From positions 111,538,001-111,602,000 of the forward strand of contig CM097882.1 in assembly GCA_044892505.1 (NCBI GenBank): DNA of 64,000 nt, given 5' to 3'. The notes beneath the pieces were generated by a model. That model searched no databases, was not told the DNA's origin, and saw only the letters and a program-made list of their open reading frames with translations. Within the stretch, counting starts at the first letter, position 1. Each line of letters opens with the position of its first letter. The position numbers were made by a program, and so were the translations under genes. Positions 23,387 to 32,627 of this stretch are shown here, piece by piece. Source of the stretch: Schmidtea nova (taxonomy: Eukaryota).

Positions 23387-25241
23387 CCCTCCACACAAAC
23401 TCAGTGATAGATGAATAGTAGACCCCTTTTGAATGTCGTAATCTGACAGGATTCATTCTTTCGCCTACCAATTGTTTACCTGCAAATATCAATCTCTGTT
23501 GATCAGGGGGGATTCCCTCTTTGTCTATGATCTTTTCTTTTACTTTCGCAATAGAGTCCCTCGATTCAACTTCCAGTGTTATGGTTTTACCTGTTAAAGT
23601 CTTAACAAAAATCTGTATTCCGCCTCTCAATCGCAAAACAAAATGTAAAGTTGACTCCGTTTTATTTTCTTTCACTCGCGAACTATAATCTTTAAAACTT
23701 GTCCTTTCATCAGCACTTGACATTGAATAAAAACGAAATAATTTCCCTATTCTATTCATATTTACCCTGTCTTCATTAATACCCAATTTAATATTTTTAG
23801 CAACTTGATCATAGAGCTTTTTATAATTACCTTTATCTCCCATTATTCCTACAAAAAGTTCTAGGCTTTTCCCCACTAACTCTTTTCTGATTACTTTCAA
23901 AGTTTTATCTTGTTGCAACATTTCCCGTTTGATATTCAATAGGAAATCTTCACTATCGTAACCAGTGCGCCTACTAACATCTACACATTTGAATATCGAA
24001 ATATCTTTTTCTATACATATTGCTTCATAAGCAGGTGACACAATTTTATCTCTTTGTCTATTTAATTCAATAAATGATCTTTGTTTATTTTCAACTTTCA
24101 CGCCTTCAATTGTATCGTTGCATGCGACTTCTAAAGTGATGGGTTTTCCCGTTAAAGCTTTTAAAATTATCTGCCTTTCCTGTCTCGCTCGCCCCACCCT
24201 ATGCAGATACCTCTTACGAGCACCTTCCTTACCAATGTTTTCCCGGAATTTAAAAGAATGCTGGGGCCCAGAGCAGCCGTCTTTCACAATATCCGGTGGC
24301 CAAGCCATTCCAACTTTCACTTCCCTTTCAATAGTTACCTTCAACTTTCGCCTCTTATCCCTTAACCTCACTTCCCATTCAAAACGCGCTTGGGAGGGAA
24401 TGTTGGTCCATACCCCAATTACAAATTTAACCCATTTATAAAAATGTACAAAAAACATAAAAGAGTCTTTAATAAAAATGTATACTAACAGATTTCCAGA
24501 GTGTGCGTGGCCCCCCGGTGGAAACCACGCTCTGCTACCATGTAAAATCATCAATTGAACGGCCATATAATAATCTTTATTCGTTTCCATAACAAAATAA
24601 ACATCATTGATAATTCCATTCAACCCGTGTAACGCACAGTAGGTCAATATTTGTGCCGGTAATCCAACCAAAAGATTTGGCGGCTCAAGCAATTTTATGT
24701 TCGAATTTGAAATTCCACCAACAAATAAGCATCGAATTATCGGGAAAACATCATTGAGATCTTGTTTCAGATAACAGCTGAGTGATAATCGCGATAAAAC
24801 ATATATTTCACAACTATTATTATTCAATACAGAAAATATTTGTTTTACAACTTGGTGCACATATTCATTGGGAACATTTATTCTACATAAGCAATATATA
24901 ATATCACTCTGGTTCGCTTTATACATTAATATGTTTTTATCTTTCAATACATTTTGATTCAAGGAATTCTTTATTTCAATCGAAGTTGGCAATTGAATTG
25001 ATGCAACCATTCTCTCACCACCATTCAGTATCTGCTCTTGAACACAAAACGAAGACGTAATATCCACTCCGACTATGAATTCATTCAATTCATCATCTCG
25101 AATTTCATCACTAACACAAATAACAGAATTATAATCAACTGGAACCTCATTCTCAATGCCAAATTTCTCAAAATCACTAAGTTGAATTTCAGACCATGTT
25201 ACCATTAATTTGACCGAAACTCCCTTTTGAAAGACCAACAT
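23379..25241 (-). CDS. 620-aa chimeric ORF: PSMG1 (in the 5' LTR) - PBS/leader - Ub fragment - HSP90 fragment - Ub tail - Ub
   Basis: Single open frame in the ORF track; component motifs as listed in neighbouring features. Confidence 0.75.
   Translation of the reverse strand: MLVFQKGVSVKLMVTWSEIQLSDFEKFGIENEVPVDYNSVICVSDEIRDDELNEFIVGVDITSSFCVQEQILNGGERMVASIQLPTSIEIKNSLNQNVLKDKNILMYKANQSDIIYCLCRINVPNEYVHQVVKQIFSVLNNNSCEIYVLSRLSLSCYLKQDLNDVFPIIRCLFVGGISNSNIKLLEPPNLLVGLPAQILTYCALHGLNGIINDVYFVMETNKDYYMAVQLMILHGSRAWFPPGGHAHSGNLLVYIFIKDSFMFFVHFYKWVKFVIGVWTNIPSQARFEWEVRLRDKRRKLKVTIEREVKVGMAWPPDIVKDGCSGPQHSFKFRENIGKEGARKRYLHRVGRARQERQIILKALTGKPITLEVACNDTIEGVKVENKQRSFIELNRQRDKIVSPAYEAICIEKDISIFKCVDVSRRTGYDSEDFLLNIKREMLQQDKTLKVIRKELVGKSLELFVGIMGDKGNYKKLYDQVAKNIKLGINEDRVNMNRIGKLFRFYSMSSADERTSFKDYSSRVKENKTESTLHFVLRLRGGIQIFVKTLTGKTITLEVESRDSIAKVKEKIIDKEGIPPDQQRLIFAGKQLVGERMNPVRLRHSKGVYYSSITEFVWREG
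23387..23618 (-). pseudogene. Captured full-length ubiquitin unit (58/76 identical to canonical after repair), broken by a 4-bp GAAT duplication
   Basis: [18 protein letters not shown]...[18 protein letters not shown] then [21 protein letters not shown]; unit length 232 nt = 228+4; ATTCATTC at 23451-23458. Confidence 0.95.
23661..23965 (-). pseudogene. HSP90: Captured HSP90 middle-domain fragment (about 100 aa) embedded in a ubiquitin unit
   Basis: [28 protein letters not shown]...[10 protein letters not shown]...L.RFYSM..DE.TS.KDY..RVKEN matches recalled HSP90 [28 protein letters not shown]...NIKLGIHED. Confidence 0.93.
24084..24173 (-). pseudogene. Ubiquitin N-terminal fragment (about residues 2-30); its C-terminal end ([13 protein letters not shown]) is at 23619-23660
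   Basis: [26 protein letters not shown] versus [26 protein letters not shown]. Confidence 0.85.
24521..24540 (-). promoter_or_regulatory. Primer-binding site complementary to initiator tRNA-Met
   Basis: TGGTAGCAGAGCGTGGTTTC immediately after the LTR end (..TTTACA). Confidence 0.93.
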
Positions 25242-25476
25242 GTTACTGATTATTCAAACAACTCACTTTAAAATCCAAATTCTCCTATTAACTCTAAAAT
25301 AAAAACATAAAAAAATCAATCTCACCAAAATTTCTCTCACCACCACCAATGCACACACATACGCACACAAGAATCCCCCAACAACCACAACATCAAAAAA
25401 CGAGTGCGCACACAGACGCCAGCTCGAAACCAATTGCGCACACAGACTACAAAGTCTGGTACAGCACAGACGAAAA
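24541..25476 (-). repeat. BEL/Pao 5' LTR (contains PSMG1 ORF 24541-25241)
   Basis: Offset 7290 from the 3' LTR; 8 substitutions, no indels. Confidence 0.93.
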
Positions 25477-26000
25477 TTGAAAATTGCCTGAGATAACAAT
25501 ATTTGATAGAGAAAAGGTAAATTGATGTATGGCTGTTTCTGTTATTGGGATTGATAAAATAAATTATTATTTGGACCAAGTTCTGTTTGAAAATTGATCA
25601 AACTGTTGTATGGCCGATTCTGCTATTGGGACTGATAAAACAGATTGATAAAGTAAATGGATGTATGACCTCTTTTGAAGTCTATTTTCCACTTTCCAAT
25701 TTCGCCATTTAAACAATTTCGCATATAATTAATTTCTGCATTCTTCCCAAATTTTCAAATCAATATTCTTAATTTGTGTAGCTTACTATAGTTATTTACT
25801 ATAGTAAGCTTTATGTTCAAAATTCGAAATTTGAATTTTGATTATAGTATTTTAATTATTATAATACTGTAAAAATTAACCAAAAAGAGGGGGGTACCAC
25901 ACCTTTACAATAGAAATCGTAATCACGCATAATAATGAAATAATAAAGACAATAATAAACAATAATAAAATAACCTAAACAGTAAAATACGACATTAACA

Positions 26001-28471
26001 TATATATGACGGAGGCACAACAATAGCCCTCGCCGAAGTACTAGAAGTGTATGGGAAAAAGACAAAGTGTTATTCAATTGTCGGAGTAAAAAACTTGGAA
26101 GGCGAAACTCAATTGTTCTTGTACCGGAGAGCCGTATGTGTGTACCTTTCGCGGCTAGGATGGCGGATGAGCAAGGTGTGTCTGCGATGAAGGGTGTAGG
26201 TAGTATTGAGTATGCCGAGCCTGTTTCTATGCGTTGCTTGAGCTGGCCGTATTTTCCGGGAGTTCTTGGTGAAATTAGCGTAGTTAGGGTTGCCTTGTTT
26301 ATGGTGATGATGGGTGTTGGTGATAGTGGTGATGGAGATGCGGTTTGTGGCGGCTGTGGAAGGATATGTGTGTGTAGTCTGTGCGTGTTTCGTCGTCGGA
26401 AAAGGTGAGCGGTGCTTGTGGTATTGTTAGTGGTGTTTTTGATGGTATTTTGAATGCTGCTGCTGGTAGTGGTGTGGGTGGTGCTGCGTGCGGTGTGCTG
26501 CGTGATGTTTTTGTTGGTGCTGTTGCTAGTGTTGCGCGAGGTGTGCTGGTTGGATTTTTTTTCTGGTGTTGGTGCTTGTATCCGTATTGGTGATGGTGTT
26601 GTGTGAAAAAATAGTACTGTGGAGTAGGTAGCGATTGTTTCTGATATGGTGTTAGCTGACGGAGTTGATCGTGTGTGCGTTGGACATAATTAGCTGTGAG
26701 AAAGAGACTTCAATGACAGGGAGTCATTGGAGCGTCCAGAAATATCTGATCACTTGACTAGTATTTTGATGGAAAGTTGTTGATTGAGCGCTATGTGCAT
26801 CCGTCAAGGCACAATCTGGCATCGTTCTTGAAGAAGTGAAAATGGATGCATTCTGGTATGATTGAACTTTGATGGGAGCAAAATTCTGACATGCAACCGA
26901 TGCAGCATTTCTGTGCATACTGTCTAAATTTGCTATGATACAAGCAGATTAGTTGGGCGATATTATTGGATTGTATGTTTGTATGCGTGTTGCTGGTGGG
27001 TGATTGGGATGTTGTGCATTATGTGATGGAGATTTGTTGTTGGGATATCTTTCGACGTTCCGAGGGAAAGAGTGGTGAGGTGTATAGGTTGCGTTAACGG
27101 GGATGGGTAGTGGAGATGATGCGCAAATATCTGCTCGTGGTTTATGTGATTGGAGTGCGTGAATGTGGTCAGCGATATTAGCGAGGTGATATGGGTCTTC
27201 AGAGTCGACCAATGCCAGCGAAGTTTGTAGATGGTAAGGAGTGCAGAAAGGAATTGGTGGGTCAATAGAAGTGTGTTTTTAGAAAGACCGCGTACTGCCG
27301 CGTCGTTTGAACGAACTATCTCTCCCAAAAAGAGACTAGGCTGTTGGCCTGAGTAAATCTGTGGTGCCAATAGCTTTTGCAGAACTTGGGTCTGTGAAGA
27401 AGTATATTTGGTTGTAATTAGATTTTTTAAGCTTTCGTATTGATTTCCTGCGTCAAGAGCATCAGTGATTTTCGGGGCTAGTTTGGTTATCAATTCGGCA
27501 AGTAAACTGTCGAGGAGGTAATCTGGTCGTGATTTTGGAGAGGAAGACGTACACGCTTCAAATATCCGAAACCACGAAGAAGGTGTACCGTCCGTGTCCA
27601 GAAAAAACAGTATGGAGCGGATTCCGGATAAGGAAGACGGTTCTGTTGTGATTCAACCACATCCTAAGATGAGACATTGAATGTCTAAGATTGAATTAGA
27701 CTGCAACTGGGTGGAAGAAGAGCCTAAAAAACCATTGCACGACACGTAGAATGAGGTCTTGTCAATGCTAAGCGATATGGCAATGTCGGTGTGTAGATCG
27801 GAAGTATCAGTGATTACCCGTATTCTGTTGTTAAAACGCGTGAGGATATAGGCTGGTAGTATAGGTGTGGTTTTGGGGAAAGAATCGTTATCGTTGGTTG
27901 GATCTTGGTTATGATTATGGGTGCTGTTTGTTTTTAAAGGGCGGAAGAAAGGTGGGAAAGAAATATTGGGAAGGGTATTTTTATAAATATATTTATTAAA
28001 TAATATGTATAAAATTATGATAAATATGAATAAAATTTTATCAATATAAATATAATAAATAATAAGTATTGAAATGTCATTTGCATCAGGAAACACAATA
28101 TCATTCGATTGGTTGCTTGAAATTGACGTTGCTGTGATATAGTTAATTCCTGACATGTCGCTTTGGTGATTAGAAGCATCAGCACTCCTAGGACTAGTCG
28201 GTTGAGAAACTTGATGTTGTTATTGGATTTGCATTTGTGCATTAACATTTGATGCTGCTATATGTTGATAACTCATTTAGAGTTGTATAGGCTCGTTATT
28301 GTTAGTATTAATGGGCAAATGTTGCGTAGAATATGATTGATATTACGAAGCTACGATTAGAAAGTGGCCAGGCTGCTGAAAAAACATTGATTAAGGAGGC
28401 ATAGAATTTTGATGTGACTAAAACTTTGGACTGTAGTTATGCTTCTGAAAGTGGCCAGTTCTGATACCAAT
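26001..28471 (-). mobile_element. Gypsy-2: internally deleted element (gag and protease only), with its 3' LTR hit by Gypsy-1
   Basis: PBS TGGTATCAGAACTGG at 28455-28469; gag P..WF..FE...QYESLK...QQPSLFL; PR IETGSAYSILP; PPT at about 26023-26035, then LTR start TGTTGTGCC at 26022. Confidence 0.75.
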
Positions 28472-28852
28472 TGTGGGGCTCTGCTTGTCGGTACTCCATT
28501 CCGTGTTTGCCTTAATCAGGTAAAAGATAAAATAGAAATAAAATCCTATCGAAATATTTATTATCGAATAAATTTGTTTCTTCTCTTTAAATAATTTTTC
28601 AAAACTTCTGAGCTTGCGTTGCGTTTCTGCAGTAAGAGATTTCATATCTTTATTTTTATCCATTCTGTAAATGTGCGTAATTTTTTGTAATTCGAATTTC
28701 TGCAAGTACTTTTACTTTTTTAAAAAACTTTATTTAATTTGTAAATAGCTATATATTTATTTTATTTTATAATATAATATATTATATAATAAATATTATA
28801 TTTTCATTTATATTTTCATTTATAATATAAAATATATGACAAAAGCACTACA
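28472..28852 (-). repeat. 381-bp LTR with a PPT on one side and a PBS on the other (shared by tandem Gypsy-3 and Gypsy-2)
   Basis: TGTAGTG...CCCCACA termini; PPT at 28853-28865; start resembles the LTR start at 26022. Confidence 0.75.
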
Positions 28853-29961
28853 ATTGCCCCCGCTGAAGTACGCGAAGCGATTGGAAAAGGATAAAACGTG
28901 ATTCAAAAGTTGGAGTGAAAGTCGAGAAGGTAGTCTGCGAAGTACTATGGAGGACGGTGGATGCGGTTCTGTGAAGGAAGATTGCGGAACGGTTCGGCAT
29001 GCTAAATGGGTAGAGGGTGAGTGGTTTCGGAGCTCGTGTCGTATCGGGGGTCTTCGATTGAATCTTCGTCGGATGGAAGTTGAAGGAGAAACTGATTGTC
29101 CTGCTCACCTAGGACGAAAGCAGGCTTTAGGCGGTTCTGATTTATGATGTGTGGAATACCGTCTATGTCAAGTTGGGCCATGTTTTTGTACAGTTTTGTG
29201 ACGGGAAAGGGTCCTTTGTACCGGGGTTTCATGTTAGAGGAATCAATGTATTTTAACCAGGCGTGTGAAGCTGAGTTAAATGTGTTTGGCATGTATGGTT
29301 TGTAAGAGGTTGAGTATGTTAAGGATGGGTTGAGGTCTAAGGCAAGGAAGTGACTGTGGACCTGGTTAATTTGTTGTAATGGCGATTTAGAGTCTGTATC
29401 TATAAGCTCTGATGGCATGCGTGTGTTGGAACCGAACAATAATTGTGCTGGAGATACTCCACTTGAGTGATTGGGTGTGTTGTACAAATCGCAAGTAGTA
29501 CAAATCGCAGCGATTTGGTCCATCTTGAGGAAACTGTGAGGATGCGGAGTGAGGTTTTGATAGTGCGGTGCGCGCGTTCGACAAGGCCATTGGTCTGCGG
29601 ATAGTAGACAGAAGTTCGTAAGTGCTTGATGTTGAAGGCGTTTGTGATGTGCTTAAACAGTTATGATTCAAATTGGCGGTCTTGATCTGTTTTATGTTCG
29701 CTAATAAAGGAATTTGTTAATTTTGTGTGTGTTTTAAGATAAGTTAGAGCTACAGAGACTCTTCGAATATTATGTGGAGACAGTCGGGGTGCCTGTGTAT
29801 GTAATGGATGGTAATATAATAAAATACGCAAAATGTTGATAATGAATAAAAACAAATTAGTAATAAACAACGAAAATGAACTAGGTATATTAATCAAAAG
29901 TTACTTCTGAGGTAAATTAGTTATCCTTCTTAACTGAAAATCTTTCTATTCTGATTATCAG

Positions 29962-30140
29962 ACTTTCGGAATAATCTTTATAATCTGGGCTTTCTGTATT
30001 AGAAATATTATAATACTTTCGGAATAATCTTTATAATTTTGGGCTTTCTGTATTCAGAATATTATAGTACTTTCGGAATAATCTTTATAATTTTGGGCTT
30101 CTTTCGGAAGAATCCTTATAATTTTGGCTTTCGGAGTAAT
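29962..30140. repeat. Tandem repeat, unit about 53 bp, 2 full plus partial copies
   Basis: ACTTTCGGAATAATCTTTATAAT(C/T)TGGGCTTTCTGTATT repeated. Confidence 0.85.
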
Positions 30141-30280
30141 AAACGAAATTTATACAATGAAATTTATACACTCCAACAATATGTAGTTTTTTTTAAAAAT
30201 CAATTTCATTAATTTGTGATTTGGCTTACTATAGCAATTTGCTATAGCAAGCCAAATTCAAATTTACAAATAATAATTAT

Positions 30281-31672
30281 TAGGTTTGACCGGAAAGTTT
30301 CTGCAGTTAGAAAAATTAATGCCATTCAAGTTTCTGCAGTCACATTGATCAATGAATATATATTTAACAAAGACAAATAATTTTATGAACCAAATTAATC
30401 ATCCATATCATCGAGGAACTCAAAATAGTTTCCACCATGCTGGATGCAACGTTGCCAACGTGCAGGGAGCTTGTTAATGCCAACTGCGAAGAAATTTTCA
30501 TTTTATTCTCTAACCACGACTCTAGCTGCACTTGAACATCTTGTGCGCAGTTGAATGTCTTGCCATGTAGAGCTGATTTGAGTGGGAGAAGAGGTAGAAG
30601 TCTGATGGGACTAGATCAGGTGAGTATGGTGGATGTGGTACGACGTTGAGATGAAGTTCAGCCAGCTTCGCCTGAGTTATATGAGCGGTATGTGGCTTAG
30701 CATTGTCATGTTGAAGGTAATGGCATCAATCCAATATTCTTCTTTGTTTTTTATCCAGCAAAGCATCCTTCAAATTGTCAAGCAATGAGCAATAATGGTT
30801 GGCATTCATTGTTGCACCGCAAGGCAAAACATCCATTAAAATGACCCCCTTGCAGTCCCAAAAAATTGTTAACAAATGTTTCTTGCTGGTAAAATTGCCT
30901 CTCACCTCAGTATGTGGTTCGTCACCAGCTCCTCGCCATGATCGATGGTGTTTGCTCACACTTCCATGCCAGTAGACCCAACTTTCATAAATGGTGATCA
31001 TACAATGCAGGAAATTGTTTTTTTCATACATTTACAGAAGTATTCTGCACACATCCACTCTTTTTTCCTCTTATGCGTCCGTTAAGAACTGTGGAATCTA
31101 CACTGTTGAAAGATATCGCTTTCCCATCTTTAGTAGATGACTTCTCACTGTCTCTCTTCCAACTTGTAACTCAAAAGCAATTTCTCTAACAGAGGCAAGA
31201 GGATTCTCATCAAGAATTGCTTCAATCTGGTCATCTATGTCACAGGAAGGTCGTCCACTTCGTGCGTTGTCCTTTACGTCGAAATCTTCCGCCTTGATTT
31301 TGGTAACCCATTCATATCATGTTCGAATACTCACTGTTCCTTCCCCTAATGTGTTGTTGATTTCTTTTTCGATGTCTCTGTTGATAAGCCTCGTTTCCAG
31401 CAGTAGTAAATTAGTTTTCTAACGTCTTCGCGATTAAAATCAATGATGTTTTCAATTTAAAGCTAAATTCTGCATAAACGGAAAAAGACAATATAAACAA
31501 ATTAAACAGTTTCATTAAAATGACATTGATATTCTTAGTTTTTTTAAACCATATTTCGTTTATAACATCAAAATATATCCTTCTCTGTGTCCACAAAATT
31601 TGAAATATATGATTGCATAGATCTTGAATGGCATTAATTTTTCTAACTGCAGAAACTTTCCAGTCAAACCTG
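30281..31672 (-). mobile_element. Mariner (DD34D) DNA transposon, decayed
   Basis: About 50-bp TIRs GGTTTGAC(C/T)GGAAAGTTTCTGCAGTTAGAAAAATTAATGCCATTCAAG; LLTIFWDCKG, QHDNAKPH, HPPYSPDL. Confidence 0.93.
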
Positions 31673-32627
31673 TAAAAATTAAAATCACACTTCGCCCAAA
31701 TAAATGGGGGGAATCCGAACTGTCAATACTGACACCCACTATTCTAAAAACAAATAATTATACATGATTGGTGAGTACACCCTAATTTGTAATAATGGTT
31801 GTAGGAATGCCATAACGTGAGAACCAGATAGATGCTAGGTAATTTGCGACTGTATGTGATGTAATATTGGGTATAGGTACTGCCTCTAACCAACGCGTCT
31901 TACGATTTATCATGGTGAGAATGAAGGAAAAACCGTCATCTGCTGGAAGAGGTCCTACTAGGTCGATGTGCAGTATGTAGAAGCGAGAGCCGGGGGGAAA
32001 ATAGGTGAGCGGTGGTTTGATGTGCTTGTTCACTTTATCTTGTTGGCAGCCTTGGCAATCGTTTACCCATCGTTTAACGTCTTTGAATAGGGCGTACCAG
32101 GTAACCTTCTGGCGGAGTAGTATGTATGTGGATTTGATGCCGGAATGGTGACAGCGAGAAACGCTTCTTTGCGGAGTGATTCGTGTAGTATGGGGCGCAG
32201 AGTGTTGTTATAATATGTGTCGTAATGTACACCGTCGATGAGTTTGTGGGAGTCTTTGAATTTGGAGATGTCAGTCTCGGATGAGGGTGTGAAAGAGAGG
32301 ATATCCAATGAAAAGAAGAGAAGAAGGATATTGAATTTATGACTGCGCGCGAAAAGCAGTCTGCGATGACGTTATCTCCTCCTGCAATTTGCTTAATCTC
32401 GAAGTAGAATGAAGATAAAAATGCTAGCTGACGGAGCACTCTATTTGACGGATCCTTCATACTAAGACAGTGTAGAAGCGGTTTGTGGTTGCTGAAGACG
32501 GTGAAGTGTCTGCCATCAAGGAAGTGCCTGGAATGTTTAATGGAAAGCATCATTGCTAGTAGCTCTCTGTTGAAGGCGCTGTATTTTGTTTCTGTTTGCG
32601 AGAATTTGTATAAAGAATCTAAGGAGC

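Larger units (their letters stand above)
17251..25476 (-). mobile_element. BEL/Pao LTR retrotransposon carrying captured host PSMG1, HSP90 and ubiquitin sequence
   Basis: 936-bp LTRs at 17251-18186 and 24541-25476 (8 mismatches); PPT AAAAGGGGGGAA at 18187-18198; iMet PBS at 24521-24540; gag-PR-RT-RH-IN order with BEL motifs. Confidence 0.95.
10564..26000 (-). mobile_element. Gypsy-1: full-length Ty3/Gypsy LTR retrotransposon, with a solo LTR in gag and a BEL/Pao element in its 5' LTR
   Basis: 3' LTR 10564-11362 with PPT at about 11365-11380; 5' LTR split into 16958-17250 and 25477-26000; tRNA-Leu-type PBS GGTGTCAGAAGT at 16946-16957; gag and pol between. Confidence 0.92.
29688..31779. mobile_element. 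LTR-derived insert (same family motif as the Gypsy-1 LTR) hosting a mariner; TSD not resolved
   Basis: Starts TGTTTTATG like 16958; shares AGAG.CT..T.(C/G)AATAT..GTG.AGACA.TCGGGGTG with 10640 and 17060. Confidence 0.55.
28853..32620 (-). mobile_element. Gypsy-3 pol fragment (RH-IN) interrupted by an LTR-like insert and a mariner
   Basis: FNRELLA, NHKPL, HIDLVGP, DRQFES, PQTNGLVERAHR, RYKGPF. Confidence 0.88.

Noticed and set aside
17235-25241. The two PSMG1 copies as a host segmental duplication
   Set aside because: The duplicated unit ends exactly at TG..CA boundaries adjoining a PBS and a PPT, i.e. LTR geometry.
17245-25482. Target-site duplication for the BEL element
   Set aside because: Flanks read CCTTGT and TTGAAA; compared with the intact Gypsy LTR (CCTTGTAAATGAAAATT), only an imperfect TTGT/TTGA plus a 6-bp indel fits, so no TSD is claimed.
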